Part shown: piece after piece, positions 24,926 through 37,100 of the stretch | Layout of the letters: every line of letters begins with the position of its first letter | Numbering within the stretch: the first letter of the stretch is position 1 | Source of the DNA: Macrostomum hystrix | Taxonomy: Eukaryota > Animalia > Platyhelminthes | Direction: 5' to 3' | NCBI GenBank assembly: GCA_950097015.1 | Contig: CATNEN010000001.1 | Span: 18,352,001 to 18,416,000 of the forward strand | Length of the DNA: 64,000 nt | The notes under the pieces: model-generated | What the model was told of the DNA's origin: nothing | Seen by the model: the letters and a program-made list of their open reading frames with translations, nothing else | Databases searched by the model: none | Program-made: the position numbers and the translations under genes

Positions 24926-27900
24926 ATGAGTGGCTTTCTGCAAAGAGCATATTGTTTTGTAAAGTCTCTTCCTCTTATATTTATTCTTTTACTTATTGGA
25001 TGGTCATACTATGCTTATGTTGTTGCCCTTTGCATATGTAAGTTTAGAATCGATTTTATGTAATGCATATAATTGAATTGGGTCTTTCTATATATATTCT
25101 CTCAATAATCCAATATTCAAATACTACAATTTTAGATTCTGTGCCATCAGAAAATGATGGTGAGAAGGGTAAGCATTTTTGTTTATTACTTGACCTGCTA
25201 TAGAAAGAAAAACAAAATAGAAAAATATAAAAGTCATAAAGAAAATTGAATTCTGAACTAGCTAGTGTTCTGACCAAAAAATAATAGCACCAAGTGCAAA
25301 GATATTTTTTTCTTTTACTACTGTTTTTGAATAGTAATTTTTTAATGATATTGCCATAGTTCTGATCATGTAGTTTATGCCGGAAATTTCTGGTGTACAT
25401 TTGTGCAGTTGGTATATCAGTGTGCACTTGGCATGCACAAGCTTCCACTTGGCATACTAGGTGTGCAAAAAGGTGCTTTGCATTTATGTTCCCGTCATGT
25501 CCACATCCATGTGCAGTAGCACATGGGAGAATGTCAGAGTGGCAAAAATATATGGACAATAAATTGAAATAAAAAAACTTGTTGGCTAAAGTCTAACTAA
25601 GCCGCTCTAAGTGCTAAAGCTAAAATTTCCCATTTTCATCTAAAAGTGATTCAAAACTTTCAAAAATTGTGCAGCTTCAAACAAAATCCAAACAAACATT
25701 CAAGCAAAGTTCAGCAATTTAAAAAAAATACATTTCTTCACGAGCTTCTAAGAGCCCAATTGTCTCAAAACAATATTGTACAGTATAATATAATTCGTTT
25801 CAATATAAAATATAGTGCCTTAAATGAGAGCAAAATTTGAACTAAAAAATGTGTGCTTTTGGTCTCGCCTTGCTAATCAAGAAGAATATTTAAACTCATA
25901 TTTAGAACCCAACTATTACACGAATACTCTGGTTAACTTTTGTTTAAATGCCATGCAATTTACATTGACCAATGGGACAGACTACCATACGAATAGCCAC
26001 TATCTAAAAATTTATAGTATAAAATTCTTAACATACATCGGCGTGCAAAAGAACTTTTTGGCATGTGTCAGTGTGGAAATGAAAATTTTCCCTTCTTCAT
26101 TCTGGCATGCACCCAGCATGATCTGGACTATGGTGATATTGTTACAGGCCTATATTAATAAGTCATCCTATCCTATCCCATCATTTGCATTCCAGTGGTC
26201 CTAATAATATTCTACCACATATTTTTTGGTTTGTTTGTGTGGTCTTATATTCAGACCATAATTTCAAGGCCAATTCAGCCACCTGATGAGGTGAGTCTAA
26301 TAGATTAATTTATAGCTAAATATATAATTGATTGTTTCAAATAATTTTCGCAGTTATAGTTCATGTGTCTACTATTTGTATTTTAATATCTATCACTTTT
26401 TTAAGTATTTGACATCAGTTTAGAAAAGGAAAATGTGATGTTAACTAGCCTTCATGGCTTGGCTTAGCTTAGGTTTCATTAGTGTGGAAGATTTTAAAGA
26501 ATTTAAATTTAGCTAAACTGCTGTTTGAAGTTATAAAGAAAAAACTGTTTTCTGTTTTGATATAAATGAAAAAGATACACAGAAAGTATACATTAACTGC
26601 GTACTTGTAGTTTTAATTTTAGCTTCTAAAATGAATGTTCCTTTGGCTTAATGGGCATTTGTTTTACTACAATGAAAACTGTCATATGATCATAGTCACA
26701 TTGCTTAGCAACTTAGAATCATATTAAAAAAGCATATTATAATTTTGCATTAATAGTCAAACTATAATTATCATTTTGTAGTTCCGACTATCGCAGGCTG
26801 ACTGGTTGGAGCTTCAGTCCACACAATCAGATTTAAGCAGACATCGAGACAAACTATTACGCATCATCACTGACAGACATCTTCCAGTGTTCACTAGGGG
26901 AGTCGAGAACACCATTCGGGAGTGCAATGTTTGTCGCTTGTTGAAACCGGACCGAGCTCATCACTGTGCCACCTGTGGAGTGTGAGTTGCTCAGTTATCA
27001 CTTCTTATATCAAAGTTTTTCTTTATTTCGTTTTTCCCCATTCCCACTTTGCACCCACAGCTGCGTACTTAAGATGGACCATCACTGTCCTTGGGTGAAC
27101 AATTGTGTCGGACTGCACAACTACAAACACTTCGTTCTGTTCCTACTCTACGGCTCATTGTACTGTTTCTATGTCGGCGGATCTTCCACAAAGTACTTTG
27201 TCTCCTTCTGGACTGTGAGTCTGTTAAAACAATAAGAAAAGTAATGAATTTATTTGTTTATTAATGAGCTGATCGGGTCAGTGGCAGAGTGGTCTAACGC
27301 GTTTGCCTCTCGTACCAAGGTCCCTGAGCTCGATTCCGCGGCGAGGCCACATTAAATTGAGCAATTTAATCGTGCAATTTATGCCCTTGAGGGCCAACCT
27401 CCAAGGCACAGTGGGAAGTGTTCACTGCCTGACGATGAGAAACTCAGGAGATGTGCCCAGATGTGTCAGAAAAATTTGTGCAGAATTGCCTCCGCGCTAG
27501 CTGCGGGTCTAGTGTCAGCAAATGATGTGCCATTGCCCGCAGCCCTCCTGCAATTATTATTAATTATTATTTATGTTGAATAAACAACATCTGATTTTGA
27601 TCAGGAGGGCGTATCGGATGTTCAGGTCTTTCGCTTCCACGTGCTGTTTCTGTTCTTCGCCGCTTGGATGTTCTCAGTGTCCCTGCTTAGCCTTGGCGGC
27701 TATCATCTGCACCTGACCCTTAGCAACCGCACCACTCTGGAGAGCTTCCGGGCGCCCCTCCTGGCTGGCACCAGTGTACCGGACAAGCGGGCCTTCAATG
27801 TTGGGCCGGTGGCAAACTTTTGTCAAGTATTTGGCAACAGGTTCTATCTGTGGCCGTTGCCCTTGAAGACTTGGTGAGTGACGACATGGGAGTTGTTGAG

Positions 27901-29020
27901 GCTGGCGGTTTTGAGGATAGATGGCTTTTATGAACATAAAAATTATTCAGGGGATAATATATGCAATTTAAGATTGATTTGCTTCTTGGATTTTACTTAC
28001 CTCTGAACTTTCATAGATTATGCGGATAATGCGTCAAGTTAGGGATAAAATCAAGAGGGTGTGGGACAGTAGATGGGTGTGGGACAGTAGATGGGTGTGG
28101 GACAGTAGATGGGTGTGGGACAGTAGATGGGTGTGGGACAGTAGATAAGTGTGGGACAGTAGATGGGTGTGGGACAGTAGATGGGTGTGGGACAGTAGAT
28201 GGGTGTGGGACAGTAGATGGGTGTGGGACAGTAGATGGGTGTGGGACAGTAGATGGGTGTGGGACAGTAGATGGGTGTGGGACAGTAGATGGGTGTGGGA
28301 CAGTAGATGGGTGTGGGACAGTAGATGGGTGTGGGACAGTAGATGGGTGTGGGACAGTAGATTGGTGTGGGACAGTAGATGGGTGTGGGACAGTAGATGG
28401 GTGTGGGACAGTAGATGGGTGTGGGACAGTAGATGGGTGTGGGACAGTAGATGGGTGTGGGACAGTAGATGGGTGTGGGACAGTAGATGGGTGTGGAACA
28501 GTAGATGAGTGTGGGACAGTAGATGGGTGTGGGACAGTAGATGGGTGTGGGACAGTAGTTGGGTGTGGGACAGTAGATGGGTGTGGGACAGTAGATGGGT
28601 GTGGGACAGTAGATGGGTGTGGGACAGTAGATGGGTGTGGGACAGTAGATGGGTGTGGGACAGTAGATGGGTGTGGGACAGTAGTTGGGTGTGGGACAGT
28701 AGATGGGTGTGGGACAGTAGACAGTATGAACAATGATAAATAAACACTCGCAGGCCCCTGGACGGTGTGCATTGGCAGCACAAGTCAAGCTACAGCCCGG
28801 GTCAGCGAAGCTACGCCAGTGTTGAAGACGGCGCAGGGTGAGGCATTCTGCATTTTTATCAAGATTAAAGGAAAGCTTAAATCAATGCTAAAATGTCGCA
28901 TTGTTCCGCAGATCGACAAGAGTTCTGGAGCACCAGCAGTTGGTGCCGGCTGAATCGCCGATCGCGGCCTCAGACGACCAGGTTTGGCTCGAAGCTGAGG
29001 ACAGCAAAGTCAAGCGCTGA
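24926..29020 (+). CDS. ZDHHC2: DHHC palmitoyltransferase, ZDHHC2/15/20 subfamily; exons 24926-25037, 25136-25168, 26196-26290, 26782-26981, 27061-27214, 27605-27873, 28754-28837, 28912-29020
   Basis: All GT-AG junctions keep the frame. Motifs [59 protein letters not shown] and NFCQVFG are present. The symbol denotes the subfamily; exact orthology was not resolved. Confidence 0.93.
27275..27570 (+). mobile_element. tRNA-derived SINE family A, internally shortened copy (DHHC intron 5)
   Basis: A-box-like TGGCAGAGTGG, B-box-like GAGCTCGATTCC, conserved body and (ATT)n tail. Confidence 0.85.
28058..28720. repeat. 18-bp minisatellite (GGGTGTGGGACAGTAGAT)n, ~36 copies, DHHC intron 6
   Basis: Tandem copies. 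Confidence 0.97.
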
Positions 29021-30394
29021 GCTTTCTATGCTTGCAGTAAAAAGCAGAAAGAAGCAAACGATTCATCACAGATTCTCTTGTGTAACTGCTTCCAAATCAA
29101 ATTTTGATTATAACAAACTATTGTACTGGTGACTTCCTCTTGACATGGGTAATCCAGTGTCATTCTTGTTTCAGGTAGATTTTTCTTGCATCAAAGTGAA
29201 TGCTCAATCATATTAGTCACAAATGTTATTGATTTGCTAAATCGCTTACTTTAACTAGTAGTACAAATCTACGAGTGGTTAACAATTTCTTTAATTATTT
29301 TTTTTGCCTTTGCTGGCTAAAAATATATACTCGTATCTAAAAATTTTTTTCTGTACATTTCCTATGTTGTTTGATTTTCATTTCTGGTCTCTTAATATTG
29401 TTACAACTTTTAAACATTTATTTCATTTATCGGTTTGAATATTAGAAATTATAGTCAAATTAAATAGAAAGTCAATTCTCCCGGCTTTTATTAATAGCTT
29501 TATGGAACTTCGTTAAAACGCGCATATTCAAATCATATTTTTAAGAAAAAAAAACTTAGTAAATAGATGTATAATAAAAAATTAGTTACTTGATTGAGTA
29601 GAAAATGTTACTTAAAATGTTAAAATGTACTATGTTAAAATGTTAAATAAGAAAAAAAGTTTCTGCTGTAATCAAATACAACAAATCTAATCTAATAAGT
29701 CAGAAATCTAATATTTTATTATTTTTCTAGAATAGCAAATTCAATTTCACTAACATTCTCTAACACTATTGTTGGAGGTCAGTGAAAATTATTTATAACA
29801 ATTTGTAAGCATGGGGTGAATAATAACGCAGAGTAAATACATTTTAGAGTTTGACACAACAAGTTGAAAACAACACAGATTGACTAGGTTTGGAGCGGGA
29901 AATATCACACAGAGCAATGACTCATGAAAAATGTAAAACGGGCGAAAAAAAAATTTGCGTTGACTAAAAATAAAATATCAAGTTTGATTAAAATAATATT
30001 TAATTGCACAAACGTAGTTAGTTTAGATTTGTCAACTATACTACTCGTTAGCTGTTGCGCAATTAAAGTAGCAATTTAAGAGTATGCATTTTGGGCGATG
30101 CTAATAAGGGAAAATGTTGGTCCAAGTAGTTTTTCATTGATTCATATGAAAAAATAGGTAAAGTGTGTAGATTTTAATGAGCAGTATGGAACGGTGCGAA
30201 GAAAACAGGAGATTTATCTGACAAAAATTACTAGAACAATTTTATGGTGTAAAAGCTCATTAACAAAGAAATCAAGCCATTTTATGATATTCTCAAGGAC
30301 GCAGGAAACAGACCTTTACAGCACTGATTGTAAAAAGCTGACTAATTAAAAGGACAAAACTTGTCCTCAAATTTGACTTTCTTAAAAGCAGAAA

Positions 30395-30490
30395 AAGCAC
30401 GCTATATTTCCCCTGTGGAAGAACCACGGGGGTATTTCAAATACCCTCTGCCTGCTCCCAGACCGAATGACCGATTTTCGAGAAATTCCA
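30395..30490 (-). mobile_element. Fragment homologous to the 2970-3075 dispersed repeat (family C)
   Basis: Shared CACGCTAT..TTCCC, GGGGTATTTCAAAT..CC.CTGCCT, GCTCCCA.ACCGAATG.CCG and TCCAC blocks. Confidence 0.6.
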
Positions 30491-30670
30491 CCAGAAGGTT
30501 AAAACTTTTCGCTCTCTAAAATGCACTAACTTTCAAAGCCTTCCGACGTGATCATCGTCGAGATATTCAGCGATCCTGGTGACAAAGACAACTCACATTG
30601 CTCTGTATAAACTCAATGGCGAATCCCTATTGGTCTAAGTGCGAAACTTAACAGTATAACTAATATAAAG

Positions 30671-31036
30671 GGGTCGGTGGCAGAGCGGTTAACGCGTTTA
30701 CCTCTCGAACCAAGGTCCCTGAGCTCGATTCCGCGGCGATGCACATTCATTTGGGGCGCAGCCGCGGAGAGAAGGCTTGGGGGCTTTTCGTGCAATTTAC
30801 GCCCTTGAGGGCCAACCTTCAGAGGCACAGTGAGAGTGTACACTGCCTGACGATGAGAAAGTCAGGGCAGATGTACACAACTGTGTGAGCGTGTGCCTGC
30901 GTACAGTATCTGTGTGCGTGTGTGCTCAGGAGTCAGCGGAATGGGCAGAATTGCCTCCTCGCTGGCTGCGGGTCTAGTGTCACCAAAATGATGTGCCATT
31001 GCCCGCAGCCCTCCTGCAATTATTATTATTATTATT
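30671..31036 (+). mobile_element. tRNA-derived SINE family A, apparently full length (~365 bp)
   Basis: tRNA-like head GGGTCGGTGGCAGAGCGGTTAACGCG...GAGCTCGATTCC, internal hairpins, 3' stem GGCTGCGGGT/GCCCGCAGCC and (ATT)n tail. Confidence 0.88.
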
Positions 31037-31150
31037 GATAGCAACTCGCCGCGGTCGTTCTAAAGTTACGAGAAATTAGGGTGAATAAAGCTTAATTTAT
31101 AAATCAATTCACAAATTAAAAAACTAGATCAACGAATCAATCGGATCGAT

Positions 31151-34100
31151 TCACCCGTCGGCCTCGCAGTCCTCGTCCTCTTCTCGCACTCGCGCCTGGG
31201 CCAGCAGTGGCTGATGATGCTGCCGGCAAACGCTGGCCGGTTGGTCGCCATCGCTGTTGGCAGCGGCGGCGGCGGTGGCGGCTGCTCCGCCTGATGAAGT
31301 GATTCGCTGGCGAAGAGCCCGCAGTATGGCGTCCAGATCGGTGTCGAGTTTGGACTCCAGCCGGGTGAGATGGGACTCGAGGCAGGCCACCTTGGCATAC
31401 AATGACTCCAGTGAGATCTGCTGCTGCTGCTGCTGCTGTTGCTTCTGCTGCTGATGCTGAGAAGTAACTGATACCTGATGATGCACCGTCGCTGGGGTCA
31501 CTATTGTAGTGGCTTGGGTCTCCTGACTATGAGTGCTGGTCTGGAAGAGTTCATTTTAACAAAAGCTTAAACAACGTCAAATTTAATGCAATGTAAAATC
31601 TGCAAAAAATGATAACAGGCTTAGTAAATAGCAGTAACCCGCAATAGGTAAATTTGAGTCATTTTAGTTATAAAAAATTAACTGTGCACTAATTCAGTTC
31701 CTTAGCAACAACAACTACAGCTACAACACACCTGGCTAACTGAGCGTATTTGACCAAACATGTGCTGCAGGGTGCTGACCGCACGCTGGGAGATCCCCAC
31801 AGCTCCGGCGCTACCAAAGTCCAGATTGGCCGGGGTCACATCCTGCCCGGCCTTGTCTGGCGAGAACTCCAGGATGCCTGCGCCTGAGCTGCAGCCGCCG
31901 CCGTCTGACGGGTCCGACCATAGACTACGATAAGCTGCCGCTGCCGCCGCGGCCGAAGTTGACGTCTGAGAAGTCGGGGGTCCGCGGTAGGAGGCCGACA
32001 GCGAGTAGGATGGACCCAGAGGTCGACGTCGGCTGCTGTTAAAGGACGCGTGAAGCTGCTGCTGCTGCTGATGATTTTGAGATCGGCGAGAGCTGCTCCG
32101 AGACAGAATTTCTGGTCTGTCCATTGAGTCAGCGGTGGTCGCGGCAAAGCCTGAAAAAGTACACCAAAGCTGGCATTTTTAGAGTAAGCCTTTAAAAAGG
32201 AGGCCTATTGCCTGTTTGACCTTCAAATGCTCACTTCGCGGCGCCGCATTGACAGTGGTGGACAGCTCCTCGTCGCGCAGGTCGAACGTGATCTCCATGT
32301 TCCGATTAAAATAGTCGGCAAATGCCGGGTACATCTCAAAGGTCTCCAGAAGGTCGTCGCGGTGGATCTTGTGCAAGTCGCAGTAGGTCAGGGCGCGAAC
32401 GTTGCACTTCGATTTGCCCACCGTTTCAAACTGGCAGGGCATCTCGCCGAAGATGTCGTCTTTGCCGAGTATCGCTAGCACGGTGTCATCTTTGAGAATC
32501 TCGATGCTGCCCCTGAAAAATTCGATGTCGATAGAGGCTTTTGTGAGTTAATGGTCTTCAGGGAGAAGTCAGAGTCGGACGTGGTGAAGAGGTGACTTCA
32601 GGAAGAGCTGATGGATTGTGAGGCCTCACCTGGCCACAAAGTAGAGCGCGTTGAGGATGTCGCCTCTGTGCACGAGAATGTCTCCTGGCGGCACGTGGGT
32701 GGACTTGAACTTCAGCGAGAGGGTGCGCAGGCAGCCGGGGCTGGCGTCCCTGAAGGCCGGGCAGTTTTTCAGCAGGTTCCGGTTGAGGTGCAGGCAGATG
32801 TCGGCCTGCAGGCACTCGGGGAAGCCCTTCAGGACGAGGTTCATGTCGATGCCGTTGGTGTAGGACCAGGCGTGCTGGAAGTACTCCTCGAGGCGCTGCC
32901 GCAGCGGGTTGGGGATCTGGTGGAAGCGGATGAACTCCCGCACCCGCAGCATCTGGGTGTGGTAGCGGGCCGTGCCACTGTACAGCCGCTGGATGATCGC
33001 CGAGACGTTGCCGAAGATGCTGGCGTACATCAGGCTGCCGATGAGCATCACGCAGATGCTGAACACCTTCTCCATGTTGGTGTTCGGCGATACGTTGCCG
33101 AAGCCCACGGAGGTCAGGCTGGAGAAGGTGAAGTACAGAGCCGTGATGTACTTCGACTTCAGCGACGGACCAGAGTTTGTATCGCTAGAGTTGTACGGCT
33201 GGTGGGTCTGCAAAGAGGAAGGGCGAATTGAAGTACATGATTTCTGCGCATCAAAAGAGCTTGAGATGAGAAAGTAGATGGCAGTACATCAAAGGATATG
33301 AAGATTAGAAAGATCGCAAATCTTTCAAGGCACAGCTTTGCCCGATATCACGTGACTCGCTCACCTGATCGGCAAGTTGGTCCAGCCAACCGATCTTCTG
33401 TTGCAGTGTGGGCCGCTCAATGTTGCCGATTGCGTACCAGATACAGGCCAGCCAATGAGCGATGAGGGCGAAGGTTGCCATTAGCAGCAGTAGTACAGCG
33501 GCGCCGTACTCGGAGTAGCGATCCAGCTTGCGGGCCACGCGGACCAATCGGAGAAGGCGGGCCGTTTTAAGCAGGCCAATCAGAGTTGTTGGCTGGAATG
33601 AGGTGATTTAGAACGCTTTGGAGGAAGAAGGCTTGGAGACTTGTCGTGCGAATGAACCAGAGGACCAACCCTTAAGGCACAGTGAGAGTCTACACTGCCT
33701 GACAAGACAATGAGAAAGTCAATGCAGATGAACACACCTGTGTGAGTGTGTGTGCATCACGACTAGCACTTCACTGAGAACTCGAGGAATGGACTGTTTA
33801 GAAATCAATTCTATTTAAGAAATTCGGTATTGAAATATCAAATCAGGCGGTGCTGCCAACCTCGTCAGTTTCTGAGCCCCACAGCAGCAGGTCGAACGGA
33901 ATCGCTGCCACCACGTCGATGAGGAACCAGCCTTTGAAGTAGTGCACCGCTATGCGGCCAGGGTGAGACACGACTTCGTCATTTTTGTTGACGTAGGTCG
34001 TGCGGAAGTTGATGAGGATGTCAACAATGAACATCACGTCAACTAGGATGTCGATGACAGCTAACGGGTCCGTGTAGTCCAGACTGTGCTGGTATTTCTA

Positions 34101-37100
34101 GAGATAAAATAAGAAAATGTTTTTATTGATGACTACTTTTAGTAGAGCACTTGCAACAAAGTCAAAATAGATGTGTCGAGGGGGTCAGTGCCAGAGCGTT
34201 TAACCGTTTGCCTCTCGACCAAGGTCCCTAAGTTCGATTCCGTACAAAGGCCACATTTATTTAGGGCGCAGCCGCGGAGAGAAGGCTTGGGGGCTTGTCG
34301 TGCAATTTAATAATAATTATTATTATTACTAAGAAAAAGACTATTTAAATCCAAATTATTATTTTTAACCTTTTTTCTCTTCTCTTCGTCGTTCAGCAGA
34401 AAGGCGGCCACGTAGGGTGTAAATATGGCGGTGTAGATGACTAGGATGAGAATCAGCCAGTCCCAGACGGCTTTGAAGGGAGAATAGTGCAAGATGGTGC
34501 AGCGATGGATTCTAGGCGACTGCAGCTTGTACTCCGGCAGAATATCAGCACCCAGCGACAGCATCTGAAGAAGGAAAATTTTTTGCTTAAAAGTGAGCTA
34601 AAAACTTACGGCTATTTTTAAATTATTTACTGATTCCGAAAAAATATGTGCATTATAACAATCTGCGCGAAAAACGCGTGCACTGAAAAAAAGGAAAATA
34701 AATTTCACCATGACATTTTCCTCTTAATAAAACAAAATTCTGCTGTCTCTTAGCAATTTAGTGATTAAATTTAAAAAGTCACACTTAAAAAATATAGCAA
34801 GCAGTTAGTGTTCAAAATGAAAAAAGTCCCTGCCGTTCGCATTAGGAATCAAGGACGAACTTATCATTAAATGACTCAATAAGGATATTTAGAATTTAAA
34901 AGCTGATTGGCTCAGGCTAAACTTCGAGTCTTTTTACATTATGTTTACATCAACCCTCAAACCAAAGCATATGAAAGACCTTAGCCAATCAGAATTTGAA
35001 GGCTGACATTTAGTTTTAGTAAGTCCTTGAAGCAAGGAAATCAAAGTCATTTTTGTCGTCAATTCTGCAAATAATGTTTTTATCAAACAGAAACGTTCTT
35101 TGATTTTGATATTTGAAAAAAATTCTTAGAAGTTTTGCATGGATACTGTGAATTACATGATAGATGGACAGAAAGTTCACTAAATAGTTTATTTCAAACC
35201 CATAACACAAGAAAAAATATAAAATACCCACTTTTATAATATTTCAAGCAGTTTGTTCACTGAGTCCCTATAGTCCGTGGACTGAACATTTGGTACACAG
35301 CCTTTGGAATCATCGTGCTACACATCTATCCTAACTGGGCTAGGTATCCATTTAGCTTTGCCAAAATCTAAAACTATATATTTTGTACATTGCTTGAATG
35401 AAATAATTTTCAGAAAATCTTCAAACAGAAAACTTAAGAAGAACAGAAACGCAACCGTTGAAAGAAAAATCAACGCGAGGCTCAGATTGCTGCCCCTACC
35501 AATTCTGCATCTCCAATATCGTCCAGGTGAGGCTGAAAGCGAAATGGAAACATTTGCCTACGCGTGGTGGTGACTTAAGCAACTGTTAAAAAATATGCAA
35601 TTGAACACTAAATTTCCTGACTGAAAGTGGGACATTCCGATATTGAGATGTGACAATGATTCAATAGGTGAGCTGTTTTGTGAATACATGGAAAAAATGG
35701 AGAAATCTTTAATATCTTTGACACGAACTTCGCCCCGCCGGCGTCGTTCGAGTTGAGCGTCCTCGAAGTCGGTGCGCTCAACCGAAGTCACGATGCAGCC
35801 AGCCCGAGCCAGGACCTGGAAGAGACAATTACTCTGCCCGGCGGTAATTTGTCCGCAAACTACCAAGTGCTTTTAAATATAGCCAGCAATATCGAGATCC
35901 ACATCTTGTCCGAAATAGAAGCTTGTACCATCGTAGTTCAAGACACATTCACAGAACAGACTGCAGTTCATGGTACGCCATAAACTTTCTCTTGAGTTAT
36001 GTCATGAGTCAAACATAAAAATGTCTCACCTGAGCAACCTTTTCCGAAACGTTGTGCTTCATTGACACAACGCTAGGCGAAAAGTACACTCCACCAGCTT
36101 GATGCTGCTGCTGTTGCTGGTTCTCGGCGTCTTTCGGTAGCAGAATACTGCCTGATTCCCAGTCGTACGGAGGCGGGTCGCTCAGGTCGCAGTCTGATTC
36201 ATTGTTGCGCTGAGCGTTGCGAACTGTCCATGTGATCAGAGAATAACAATCTAATTTAGATTTATTCTATTTTTTTATCTAATTAGGCCCTAACCTAACT
36301 GACTATACTCTGATCATTCTACCGCCTTGAGCATAAAAAATACAAGTTGGAAATAGAAGAGTTATTTTACGTTGGGCGGTGAGATTAGCGCTGGCGCAAC
36401 TCAAGTCCAGTCCGTCGAAGCTAGGACTCAATGACAGTAGGCTCCCGCCGCAATGCTCAGCATTCAGGAGGCTGCCGGCGCCACGTTTGTCTTTGAAGCC
36501 TGCACCGCCGACGCAGCTGCCGCCTCCCATCCCACCGCTGCCACCAGGTCCGGCTCCAGCGCTGTCGTCCGCGTCAACTCCGGCAGGAGACTCGCGACGC
36601 AGATGGAGGCCAACCAGAGCGCCGCGCCACAGGCCGCGGATCGTGTCACGCAAGCCGAGACTCCCTGCTCAGTGATGACGGATTATTCATGCAATCACTG
36701 TCTAAAACAAAACTCAAACAGATTAATAAGATGCAACATTTGCGCGCACACAGAAAAAACTTATAGGAAAAAATGATGCAAGTCACAGAAGAGAACTGTA
36801 TGCACTCACTAAGACTGCTCGGCAACCAGTATTTTCTAGTAACATATTTCAAAATAGACAGTTTAGAAATCAGACCTTAGGTAGTGCAGTGCTAAAAATT
36901 CAAGCATAGCAACAAGAATGTGCAACAAACAGTCACATACAAGAAATTTTATGTGCGTCTGTATCGATTTTTAAGTTTAAATTATTTTTCGGATTCAATT
37001 CTGCCGGTCTATCTTTTATATGCCATTGAACTAAAAATGCTATTTAAATTTCAACTCTGAAACAAACTCTAAAACAACAGGTAATGTGTTTAAACTAAAT

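Noticed and set aside
28011-28788. Repeat ORFs (STVPHP, CPTPIY, WDSRWV)
   Set aside because: An 18-bp minisatellite inside DHHC intron 6; the flanking exons splice in frame without it.
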